A stretch of 64,000 bases of DNA from Ramazzottius varieornatus (Eukaryota; Animalia; Tardigrada). Positions 1 through 12,500 of the stretch are shown in pieces. Numbering within the stretch: position 1 is the stretch's first letter; each line of letters begins with the position of its first letter. The notes below the pieces were generated by a model that worked only from the letters and a program-made list of their open reading frames with translations, ran no database searches and was not told the DNA's origin. The DNA lies in the NCBI GenBank assembly GCA_001949185.1, contig BDGG01000014.1:1457378-1521377 (forward strand). Direction: 5' to 3'. Both the position numbers and the translations under genes were made by a program.

Positions 1-2
1 AC

Positions 3-551
3 CTACAGAAGGGCGAGCAACATCACGCCGATTTCCTGCGTTTCAACCCATACGGTGCCGTTCCAGTACTCTTCATCGATGGTATTTTCATTACACAGTC
101 CATCGCCATCTGTGAGTACCTAGTAGAAACGCGCCCGCAGCCACCCATCTTTCCCTTTGACCCCCATCAACGGGCGCAGGTCCGCCGCACCGTCGAAATC
201 ATCAATTCATATTTAGTTCCGCTGCAGAATCCGACAACGGCCAAGAAATATTCCAAAGACCCCAATGAGCAACAAGCATGGTCTATGGATTTCTTCACCA
301 AGGGCTTCGCCGTTCTGGAGAAGGTGCTAGCGGAAACAAGCGGCAGGTACGCGGTGGGTGATCGAGTGACGTTTGCCGACATGTGTCTTGTCCCCCAAGT
401 CTGGAGGGCCAAACGCATTACTTCGGACTTTAGCCCATACCCCAACATACTTCGCATCAACCAAGAACTTCTGAAACTACCCAGCTTTAGGATGGCTCAT
501 GCCGTCAATCATTCTCAATGTCCGCCTGACATACAAGGCAAATTTTGCTGA
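3..551 (+). CDS. GSTZ1: Glutathione S-transferase zeta / maleylacetoacetate isomerase, 5'-truncated by the window edge
   Basis: Uninterrupted frame: LQKGEQHHADFLRFNPYGAVPVLFIDGIFITQSIAICEYLVETRP...GFAVLEKVLAETSGRYAVGDRVTFADMCLVPQVWRA...AHAVNHSQCP. NP..VP, QSIAI.EYL, PLQN and ADMCLVPQV are GST-zeta-like motifs. AATAAA at 691-696. Confidence 0.85.
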   Translation, partial: LQKGEQHHADFLRFNPYGAVPVLFIDGIFITQSIAICEYLVETRPQPPIFPFDPHQRAQVRRTVEIINSYLVPLQNPTTAKKYSKDPNEQQAWSMDFFTKGFAVLEKVLAETSGRYAVGDRVTFADMCLVPQVWRAKRITSDFSPYPNILRINQELLKLPSFRMAHAVNHSQCPPDIQGKFC

Positions 552-1386
552 TTTGTCCTTCTTTCTTTCTCTGCCTGCCTAGACGCCTTCGATGGACGCC
601 TCCAAAAGTGAATTACGAAAGTTGTAGGAAAGCTAAATTGGTGCATATGGATCCTGCGACCATCCCGGAAGTTAGAAACCTAGCTCTTTAAATAAAACCA
701 AAAGCAAGCTGGCGTGTGCTGTGTAGAGAGAATCTGCTGACGCCACGATGCCATCTGCAGGCAGCCGGAAGTGATTTGTAAGGTGGCGCATTGCCACAGT
801 GGCACGTGCTACTAGGTGGAAAACGTCACTAAAGTCGGTCACAAGCATTTCAAGTAATCAAAGCCAATCAACCCTTCCTGCTTATGCCACAAATTTCAGC
901 AAGTGCGAAGAGCAGTGAGCTTTCCACCATTTTTTATTCCAGGTTTGATCCTCCCTTTCGCTGTTGTTTATCAAGGTGTAGGAATTGCCGTGTCTACCGA
1001 GCGACGATAGGCTCGTGTGATACTAACCTGCACTGCAGCGTTGTATGTTCTGGCTGGGAGCTTGGAGTAGCAAGGAGATTGGAGGTGAGGTGGAACACCG
1101 TGACCTGCGACGAAACGTAAGTTACCACGTCGTAACCTAGAGATTGAGTGGCTGAAACTTCTCTGCCTCCTTTTTTACTGTTGCTTTGCTCTGCAGCTAC
1201 TTTTACTTTGCAACGAGGGAAGGATAGCCAGTGGTCAAGGGCTGGTAGGAAGTGAGTACCATCTAGCCTGTTGTGCTTGGGTTTTGCTCGTTTAATTAGT
1301 ACCCTGGATGATGCTGCTCTTATGGCTTCAGGCTGGCTGGCCTATTGTCATTCCTACCTGTCGACCGGATTTCTTCTCCGACAAAG

Positions 1387-2723
1387 ATGGCGGTATGTCT
1401 CGTAACAGTACTTGCCCTACTAACGCCTAACCCTATACGATGCATGGAAACACAGCTTCATGTTTGCAGGAAGAAATGCACACGAAAAAGTACATTGCCT
1501 TCTCGGAAGACGCCTTGTCGGAGCAAGTGGCGCGGCTGCAGGAGATCTGTTCGCAGCAGGCTTCAGCCATCCAGAATCTCACTACCTCCATTCTTCAAAT
1601 GTCCAAGGTAATAATATTCGACTACAGTTATCTGTGGAAAAGCTTACGGATGGTAGGTAGTATGCCTCTGTGCAGGAGTTGGCTTCCCGACCTGGCCATA
1701 GCTCGAGCACTTCCGGTCAGCACAACAAGCACCAAACACCGGCCAAATCCCACATGGCCAACAGTGCGCCTTCCCACTCCAAGAAGGGCCCTTCAGCCTC
1801 GGCTTCACACCAGCAGAAACGACCCAGTCACCAACCTACCCCCAGCCACAGCAAGATGTCCTCCAATTCAGCTAAACGAGTAAAGGTAGAAAATGTTACT
1901 CATTCGATGCACAGCGACGAAGTGGAAAAGGCTCCAGAAAGCGCGGCCGTTGACTTTGATCGATCTCAAGGTACGTATCGATGCAGTGATTTGCACCAGT
2001 CCCTGAGCATTTCCCGAGAAGGTCTAGTGTTGTTTCCAGATGCTCGCGCCACCTTCCTGGGATATCTGACAGACTTGAGAGACCATTACCAGTTTGAAGT
2101 TGTAAGTCGTGTCGTCTCACAGCTGCAGGACGTGGAGCTTCTCTTAATGTCGGTTGGTTTCGTAGAGAAGCCAAGTGGTGCGAGCTAATCTGTGCCAGGG
2201 ATGGATAGCTGTGCGCCCCGAAGAGCTGCTGGCCCGTCTAAGGATGTGTGGTCAGGAAGCACCGACGCGCAAAGAATTTATGGATATAGTGCTTTCCCTG
2301 GGGCCGGAAATCACACGAGGACGCAGCGTTAAGTTTGGTCGTGATACCCGGCGAGCTCTAGCCATCCCCCGCAAGTATTTTACACCCGCTGAACTGGCTG
2401 TTCTTGATCAAGGTAGGTTCCATCCGACCGACTATATAGCAAACTGCAGGTTCTCTGTCCGAGTTTCTAGACTTCCGTCCAGAAAGCGGATCGATCGTCT
2501 GCTTCACTATATTCATTTGTGCGATATGTTTAATACGAAGATTGAACAACTGGAGCGGAAAGGGAACCTGAAGTACGGTCCTCGTCTCATACAAGCGTTA
2601 ATAATGTATCGAATGTGTGTTGCAGCTTATACAAAGAATGGAGAGGACATGATGGATGACGGTGAGGAGGAGCAGGAGCACGAAATGGGCGACACGGATG
2701 GAGAAGGACAGGAGGAAGTCTAA
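1387..2723 (+). CDS. Uncharacterised protein: N-terminal coiled coil, Ser/His/Pro-rich linker with KRVKVE, ~100-aa folded domain, acidic tail
   Basis: GT-AG exons 1387-1392, 1470-1607, 1676-1970, 2040-2101, 2166-2412 and 2626-2723 join in frame: MAEEMHTK...QMSK|ELASRP...SQ|DARATFLGYL...FEV|RSQVVRANL...LDQ|AYTKNGED...QEEV*. Confidence 0.65.
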
Positions 2724-3563
2724 TCTCCATTTCATGCTTCACTTTGTCCCTTTAAAAGTAACTGTTCTTATCGCTTTCATGGGGATCTGGGTTCTGTTCC
2801 GTTTACGTTCTCTTTGACTAGTACTTGTATACATGCGGAAAGGCCTTCTGCATTTTGAACTTTTATTGACTGGGTTGATGGTTTTGTGTTAATTGCTGCA
2901 GTAATGAGACTGTGTTCTGTCAGACTGGCCGGGGAGCTCGAAGGCTGAACAAGACGGAAGTTCCAGCTGTGAGGCTGCAACTCCGCCTTCTTCCGGCCGA
3001 CACAACGAGGCAGGGATCCTTTAGCGTTTCTGTTCTGTACTCTTCCATGTTTCACTATTTGTACTGCTCGTATGAATTAACTTTGGGCTCTACTGACTTT
3101 ATAATACAGTGGTGGAGAGTTCAATGCTGGTCGCCGTTATGACTGTTATGAGTTATCGCTTCGGCAAGCTGAGCAATTCATACGCATAGTAATATGTTAG
3201 AATTATAGAGTGTAGAGGCTTTACAGTGGAAATGGAGTCATGTTATCGAGTCAAGAGAAAATGGCGTGAGTAAACAGAGGAGAGAGCGTTTAGAGATACC
3301 CATGTTTGGAAGACGAACGACTAGTCATTCCAGCCACAGACAGCAATGACCGGCACAGCCCTGTCTGTAGCCCGCGATACAAGGCCGTGCTCCTGTCACA
3401 CCAACTGGTCTGCCCAGCTTGCTTCACGTGCAGCCTTACAGCTGTCTGCCAGACATTCTTGCATTTTATATTCCATCGGGTCGGAAGCAGCACCAGATAC
3501 GTAACTTTCTTTCCCTTGCCTTGAGTCAACCCTAGTTGACAACAAGAGCAGCCTGCTGGAACC

Positions 3564-6500
3564 ATGGTGCTGCTCTCCCTCAAAGTCCGGCTCCCGGAGG
3601 TGGATGCCACAAAGACCATCCAGCTCAACAGTAGTCTGCTGGTCTACGACGCCTGCAAGGTTATCCGCGAAAAGTTCCAAGAGTCTGCTTCTGTTCTGAG
3701 CAAAGGTAAGCTACCTTCTCGCAGTTGCCTCCTTCAACCAATTCGACTCCCGATTTTGCAGCGTCGGATTATGGACTATTCCAAAACGACGATGATCCTC
3801 GTAAAGGACGCTGGTTGGATCCCAATCGCCAGCTGGACTTTTATCTGTTGCGCAACGGAGTATGTGGATTACACGGTTTACTTGTTTGACTGATGGCAAA
3901 GCACAAGCCTGCCATTGTGGACCTGAATTATTTTGTTTTACGGTCGGGTTCCTGACAAAGGACTTATGTGGGCTGTGCTTGTAGGATTTTTTGGATTACC
4001 GCAAGAAGATTCGGGCGTTGCGTGTGCGAATGTTGGACAACAGTATCAAAACATTGATGATCGATGAGAGTCAAACACTGAAGAATCTCTTGCCGATAAT
4101 CTGCGCCAAGATTGGTACAATATTGATTCAGCCCTTGATAATCAATTGCCCATCGTGGCAGTGCCGATCTGAACTGTGTGGACAAATTTAATTGACCGAC
4201 TGACTCGATTATCCGTTTGATAGGTTTAACCAATTACGACGAGTACGATTTGGTGCGTGATTATGGGGGCGAAGAGAAGGAGAATGGGACATTACGCTCG
4301 GGAAGTTCGGCCAACGGCACCCTTAAAAAGTCCAGTGGAGGGACGCTTTCTCGGGGTCTGCCGGGAGTCGACAAAGACCAAAAGAAGATGGACAAACTTC
4401 GCCAAGAATTGGCCACCGACGATAACGGTCAGTACATTCATCCATAAATTTTACTCGTAAAAAGTTTTACTGGTTATGCACCAGTTGAAAGCCAGGTTGA
4501 TTTTATGAATGGCTATCAGCGACCTGGTTAAATCGTACCAAGAGATGAAGTTGTATTATATTTTCGTTTTACATTGACAAGCTGGCCCAGTCTAATCGTG
4601 TAGGAAGCGGTATTATGCTTAGCGTACCAAATTAGAATTGGGCCTAGCTATAGGTGCTTGAGTGCAGAATGAGTGGAATGTTGAGCAAGATGGTCAATGA
4701 CAGCTGTTATGAAGTGATGTTTGTCTTGACGAGGCTTGCCTATTCTTGCAGTGTCGTGGGTAGATCAGTCCAAGACGCTGGTGCAGCAGGGCATCGACGA
4801 GACGGACATCCTCCTGCTCAAGCGGCGCTACTTTTACTCGGACCAAAATATTGACGCGCGGGACCCCGTCCAGCTCAACTTACTTTACGTGCAGGTACCT
4901 TCGCTGTCAAGATGGGTTCTTGTAACGGCATCAAGTCAAGGGTGTGTGTTCTCGTCTCTTGAACAGACGCGCGATGCCATCATCAACGGCACTCATCCCG
5001 TCACAGCGCAACAAGCCTCGCAATTTGCCGGTCTACAAGCCCAAGCCGAGTATGGCAGCTATGACGAAAGCCGGCGGACCATCGACATGCGCCCCTTCCT
5101 GCCTCGCTACTATGTCAAGAATGCCCCGCGTGTCTACGAAGAGTGGATCCTCCATCACAGCCTCAGCGAACTGCCGGCCAAGGTTGAGTATATCAAGCTG
5201 GCTCGCAGCCTCAAGACGTACGGTGTCACCTTCTTCCTGGTCAAAGAGAAGATGAAGGGCAAGAATAAGTTGGTGCCGCGCTTGTTTGGTGTTAACCGTA
5301 GCAGCTGCATGCGCCTCGATGAGAGAACCAAAGAAGTAAGCTCTCATCATTCATGTGACGTAATGATGGGGCTGCGCATGTTGGCAAATTGCAGATCTTG
5401 ACGACATGGCCCTTGACACAAGTGAAGCGTTGGGCGGCATCACCCAACACCTTCAGCCTGGACTTTGGCGATTACGCCGACGAATACTACTCGGTGCAGA
5501 CGTTGGAGGGCGAAAAGATGGCCCAGCTGATTGCCGGTTACATTGACATTATCCTCAAGCGGCAAAAGCCCAAAGACTCCTTCGGCATAACCGGCGAAGA
5601 AGGATGCACGCTGGAAGAGGAGGAAGTGCATCCGGAAAAGTAAGGAGACGGCACTGCCCCTGAACTCTCACCCCGCCTCGCCGTCTTTCATTGCTGACCC
5701 TTGTGACCCGCTACATTCTTACATCATCCATGCTGTACTTATTTATAGAATCCGTATGATCTTGCCGCAAGAGACCAAAGTGGAAAAGATTGAGATGGGC
5801 AAAGTGGCCATTCCCGGCATCATGCGCGACATTATCGTCGAGAAGCCCATTCGAGAGATTCCGCCGGCCAAGAAGCAGATTATCCAGATTGAGGAGAAGC
5901 TGACGGGACCAGCTATCCTGCCTGCCATGGGCGAAGACCCCGTAAGCACAAAGTCTTCTATCCATGTATGATTGGGCTGTACCGTGGTCTGTTGTTGTCT
6001 TTGTCAAGGTGGCCAAGCAGTACGTGCTGAAGAAGGTGGAGATGCACAAGCAAAGCATCGGCACACAAATGGCACAGATCACCTCCAATGTGGCGCAGGT
6101 TGTCCACTTGACGGCACCACCAGTCCAGGAACGCGACCATGTCGCCGTCGACCGCGCCATCAACACCATGTAAGTTTATCAGCCTTTTCTTGCCGTGCTT
6201 GTCCGCTCTTCTGCTCTGTCTTCCTGCCAGTGTATGCAATGACAAGGCTCTTTGGTGGCGGCCTAACACAGTCTAACATGCTTTGGCTTTTGCATCCTTA
6301 ATGGCTAACAGCAAATGGGCCTTCCTCCTTCCTTCCCTGTAAGTGAACCCAGTAGCATTGGCTTCCTTGGTTGCTGTGTCCAGTGTCCATAGTCAGCATG
6401 TGTCTTGGTCGTGTCGTCCGGCTAACGAAAAAGGCAGCTGTTGATAGATGGACATGCTGCTTCATGTCCTCTTGAAATGTGTAGAACGGAGAACTTGGAC

Positions 6501-9500
6501 GAAATGGTCGATGGCATCAAGAACGTGGCGGCGCATCTGGACAAGCCGGAGCAGGACCAATTGCTGGAGGCCACGCGTCGTTTATGCAAGGCTCTTCGGG
6601 ACCTGCTGGACGGCGCACAGCCGGGTGAAGCGGTAAGCAATGGAGACCAAGCCATCATGTCCTGGTAAACGGCAGACTAGCTGGTCCATCATTGATTTGT
6701 CCATCCACAGCCGCGACAGAAGGTCTTTGACGCTGCCACCAACGTGGGCAAGGCGGTGATGGAGGTGATCAACCGCGTCGACCCCGTCAACATCGACTAC
6801 CAGAACATGCTGGACGAGTTGGCCAAGAACGTGGCAACCGCCACTTCGGCCTTGGTGCGCCAGGCCAAGCAAGTAGCCTCCGCCACCGACGACGTCGACT
6901 CGCAGAACCGTATCATCGCCGCAGCCACCGCTACAGCCCTCAACACCTCCGAGCTGGTGACGACGGCCAGAGTCCTCTCGCCGACCATTGCCACCCCCGA
7001 GAACCAAGATCTGCTGCTGGATGCCGCACGCAGGGTGGCCAAATCTGTCCAGGACCTCATCGACGCCTGCAAGGTATGTATGCAGTACCTCTGCCACACA
7101 GTCTTAATACTGATAGCTGACAGCGGTGGTGGTGGACAGAGGCGTGTTTCTTTGAATAGATTTCCAGTGCGCCCAAAGTGGTGCTGGAAGATCTGAATGA
7201 TGCCGCTCGGCGGGTGACCGAAGCGCTGAACGACCTGCTGAGCCAGGTCAAGCGAGGTCCCGACGTCACGGCGCCACCCATGCCCTACGAAGCCTCGGTC
7301 CACATCATCGAAGAGAGCACTCGCCAGCTGGTGGCCGCCCCCGAGCCGGCCGAGATGATCCGCCAGGCCAAGGTGTTGGCCCAAGCTACAGCCGAGCTGG
7401 TCAAAGGACTCAAGTCGGAAGCCGAGCATGTCACCGACAAGGACCTCCAGCGACGTCTCTTGGACGCCTCCAGACAACTGGCCGACGCTACTACACGCCT
7501 GGTCGAAGCTGCCAAGGTACAGTAAGGTCACCTACTCCCACAAAATAGCTTAAACCCATCAATTGACCTCTTTTACTCTTGTTCGAAATGCTTGATTCAT
7601 CAAGAGCTTGGGTCACGTTAGAAAATTCGGATACGGTGAAGAGGTTCAGAAATCAATAGACACTTCTTGTGCCTTGGTTGACCTTTTTCTTCCAATGATA
7701 AGGTTAATGTTTCGATGTTAATTTCCACAATTCCTTTAGCATCCTTGTTTTACCATTTTTCTAGGATTTTTGTCTTTATTGGTAGTTATGTGCGGCCTCA
7801 CCGCAAGATGGTGGTCGGCGGCAAGCCATGCGAGACGCCGCCCAGAACATCAACATGCTGGCGCAACAAACGACGGAAGAGGACGAGAGGATTAGTCGAC
7901 TACGCGGACTGGAGAGTGCGGCCAAGCGCGTCATCCACACCGGCACACAGACCATCAACGCCGCCAAGGGTGCCAAGGAGTATAACAAGCAGCCGGGAAC
8001 ACAGCAGCACCTGATGGACGTGGCCCGGATCTTGACCGATCGTCTGACCGAACTGATTACCGCCTTGAAGCGCACCGTCAGTGTGGGCACACAGACTGAC
8101 CCAGCGGCGGCAGCCCAACTAGTCCGCTCGGCAGAAGACACCCTGTCACCGGGTCACGAAATGGTCAACGCTGCCAGAGCAGCTGTCCCCACCGTCGATG
8201 ACCATCGGGCTGCTAATCGGCAAGAGTTTCTGCCCAATATGCCATTAGGTCCTTACTATATATGGTTGTTGCTCTGTCTTACAGGTTACGAGAATCTTCC
8301 AGTGACTTTAACAATGCCCTGGGTGACTTGAGAAGTTCGGTGCAGCGCATGAAGGAGGTGCAGCCAGCCACGGTGGATGCCGGCGTCGATGCGGCCCTGA
8401 CCGTCATCCACACACTGCAAGAAGATATCAACGAGTTCAAGCGAGCCGCTAACCGCGGTAACCTCGTACCCTTACCCGATGACACGGACAGCACCGCCGC
8501 CGGCAACAGACTTCAGCAGTCGGCCAAACAGCTCAGTACCGCCACTGTCCAACTCCTCAATGCCTCCCAACAGGTAAGACTAACTCTAGCATTGTTGAAG
8601 GGAATATAAGGCTGATGAATGGTTTGACTTGCAGTACGACGAGACGTCGGTGTCGGATGCTTCGCAGAACGTGGCTCGCAGCCTGCAGGACCTGACAGAA
8701 GCGGCCCGCGGGGTGGCTGCCACCTCGCCCGACGATCGACAGTCGCAGCAGCGCATGCTGGACAGCGTCAAGGAAGTGGTGGAACGCAGTGCCTTCTTGG
8801 TTGACAATGTCCGCGAGGCCTTTGGCCAGCCCGGTCAGGCCCATCAGTCGCGGCTGGTCGATGCGGCTCGCCAAGTGGCCGAGGCTCTCGATCGCTGCTT
8901 GAAATGCCTGCCCGATCGCACCAAGGGTCTGACCAATGCTCTGCGTACCATCAATGAGTATAGCACCACCAGGCTGACCACCCAAGTCACCATCTACCCA
9001 CCTGGCCGATCACCAGTCAGAGTCCCAGGTACTGTGCAGTAAGACATTGATGACCATATCTCTGGCTTTGAGCTCATGACGAGGTCCTTTACAGGTGAGG
9101 TGCATATGCAGCTGAATGACGCCGCCTCCTACCTCAACGAAGCTGCCGGGGAAGTGGCTAGTTCGACCTTCGGACCGGCTGAACAGTTGGGAGCGGCCGG
9201 TGATCGTTACTCGGATGCCTACAAGAACTTTATGGAGACGACCATGACCATTGTCACCACTGAGACCGTAAGTGGACACCTGTACTTTGTCATGTCCAAT
9301 GTTGAGACTGCGGTTCTCTCTGACAGGAGCGAGATCGTCGCGAAGAGATTGTCCACGGACTGAAAGACCTCTCTGCAGCTTCTCAACGTCTGCTGCAGCT
9401 GGCTCAACAAACTCACGGCCAACCACACGCTCCTCAGATGAAGAACCAGCTCAACGCTGCTGCTAGGTGAGGCCCCGTCAACCAAGGTCATACCAAGGTG

Positions 9501-12500
9501 CATAAAGTACGGTCGCTACTTTATACTGCTGTTGTGTGGTTGTAGAGCGGTAACGGAAAGCATCAACAATTTGTTGACATACTGCGCCAGCTCCTTGCCT
9601 ACCCAGAAAGAGTGTGACGATGCCATTCGGCGCATCCACAGTCTTCGTCCCCTCTTGGAGGACTGCTGGCAGCCGGTTAATCAGCGCAGCTACTATGAGA
9701 GCCTGGACGCTGTCCTAGACTCTTCACGCGTACTGGGTGACGGTATGGCCGGCATCTCCAACGCCGCACGCTACAACCAAAGTGACAACTTTATCCAAGC
9801 TGTGCGCGCCACATCCCAGGCCGTCAGCGCCTTGATTGAGAATGCGGCCCAAGCCGCCTACCTCATTGGTATCTCCGACCCCTCCAGCACACAGGGCCGC
9901 CAGGGTATCATTGACCACCGCGCCGTCGCTGAAGCGGCCAGAGGTATCCACGAAGCCGGCAAAGTCTTTACCAGCCCTGCTCCTGCCTCCCATCAACAGG
10001 TAATGCAATTTAACCTTTCATAATAATGTAGAAACGGATAGGTCAATGACGGGTCTGTCTTGCAGATGCTGAGCTCGACGACGGAGATAGCCAAGTATTT
10101 GCACGCCTTGTGCCACCAGTGCCGTAACGCTGCCAACCGCTGCGCCAACCCTGTGGCTAGTCGGCAGTTTGTGCAGTCGGCCAAAGATATCGCCCAAAAC
10201 ACGGCCAACCTGGTGCGGGCTGTGCGAGACCTGGAGAGTGGCGCACCGGCCGAGCAAGTTAACCGCCAGACCTGCGTCACTCACATCAACACACTGACGC
10301 GCATCGTCAATGACCTCTCGGCCTACTCCTCCTCCCCGGAGTTTGCCAGCTCCGGTGGCCAGTTGAGCCAGGATGGACGCAAGGCTCAAGAGCCCATAAT
10401 TGTCTCGGGACGATGCATCATCGATGCCAGCTCCAGTCTGATTCAAGGTAGGCTAACGTGCCATCCCTCTACCTGCATACTGGCCTACCGTAGTTGCTGG
10501 CTGGCATGACTGTATGCAGGTGTCTGCATACTTGTGGTACAGGGCTAATTTATAGAATATACGGACTGGTATATTGCAGGTGCCAAGTCGCTGTCAGTCA
10601 ACTCTCGTGATCCCGCCGCCTGGCAAGCCCTAACGTCGCAGTCGACCAATGTGTCGGATGCCGTCAAGTCGTTGGCCACATCCATCCGTGATCGTGCTCC
10701 GGGCCAGCAGGAGTGTACCGATGCCTTGGACAGACTGACCAGCCTGCTGCGCGTTGTCGATAAGGCCTCGCTGGAAGCGACACGTCAAACGCTCAATCCT
10801 CGCAACACCAACACCACCGAGGTAACCTTCATCCAATACATCTTTAGAAAGAGAGTAGGAAATTGAAGGGCCATGATGGTACTTAGGGCTTTTACGATGT
10901 GACAATCACGACAACGTCGCAACTGAGCCAAAGCGTCACCTTGGTTGGCGACGCTGCCAAGTCGGAAGCGGAGGCCTTGGGTCACCGCGTGTCGCAAATG
11001 AGCAACTACTACCATCCACTGGTCCAAGATGCCATTGGTAGCGCCTCACGGACCGACAGCTCGCGTGACCAGATGGAGATTCTCAATCAGCTCAAGACAG
11101 TGCTGGAAGCGTCCATCCAGTTCATCGATGTCTCCAAAGCCTGTGGTGGCAACCCACGAACCCGCAACCTTCATAACGACCTTAACGAGGCCGCTGACGG
11201 TCTGATGGAGGCGCTGCGCGAACTGACGCAGACGCTGGAACGCATCCAGTCCGAATCGGGCTTCGTCCGCACCATGATCAACAACATCAACACGGCCATT
11301 TCCAACGTAAGATTGACGCTGTAATTTGTATCTAGCAGTTGGAAGGATGAATGTGCTTGTGGTGGGTGTGTAGGTGGACCAGCGGATGATGCAGACGGAC
11401 GAGTCCTTCTCGGACTACCAGACGCGCATGCTGAGGACGAGCAAGGAGATTACGCGTTTGACGCACGAAATCAACGCCAAGAGCGGCAGCGATCCGCAGG
11501 AGCTGGGCAACCTGACGCAGAACCTGTACGGGCAGTACAACCAGCTGGCTGAAGACTCACGGGGCGCCCAAGGGACGGCCGCCAGTGACAATATCAGCCA
11601 GCGCATCCGTTCCAGCGTCCAGGACCTCGGTCGTTCCACCATTGATCTCATCAAGACGGCCGGCTCGCTGCAAGGCCACCCCACCGACACCTACATCAAG
11701 GATGAACTGTCCCGCAGCTCCAAGCTCGTCATCGAAAAGGTGCACAAAACATTGACCTGACCATTGCAGCCCTATATTCATTGTCCCTTTCTGCAGGTGT
11801 CGTACGTCCTGCAAGCTCTGCAGGAAGGTTCTCGCGGTACTCAAGCCTGCATTAATGCAGCTTCGACCGTTTCCGGTGTCATTGGTCAGTCGACGCTTTT
11901 CTCTCTCTTCAGCAGACTGGTCGCCAAATGAGTCAATGGCATTTTTACAGGTGATTTGGATACTTGTATCATGTTTGCAACAGCCGGTACTCTTCAGCCC
12001 GACAATGAAGGAGATCGTTTCCAGGATCATCGGTACCAGTAGAGCATAGTCGACTTGTCAAGTGGTCCTTTGTGCCTTCCCTTCAGCCCGAATCTTCTGA
12101 TTTGAACTATTTGGTGTGATAGATACAGACCTAAATTGTACTGTACAGCAGTTCGAGATCAGGAGATTGGGGCTGAAGAGTAGGCACAAAGTTGGACCTG
12201 ACAAGTCGACCATGCCTGACAAGGCCGCTATCTTCCCCCTGTATGTTTTGGGGTTCTCAATCTTGACTGCTGCGTGCTTACAGGGAGGATATCTTAAAGA
12301 CAGCCAAGGCCTTGGTGGAAGACACCAAGACGCTGGTCACCGGCGCTGCCTCCAACCAGGAGCAGTTGGCGGTGGCGGCGCAGAACGCCGTCAAGACCAT
12401 CATCCAGCTGGCCGATGTCGTCAAAGGAGGCGCCGCTTCCTTGGGCAAGGAGAATAGCGAATCGCAGGTACGTCCACCTCCATCTTTGACTTTCAAGCTG

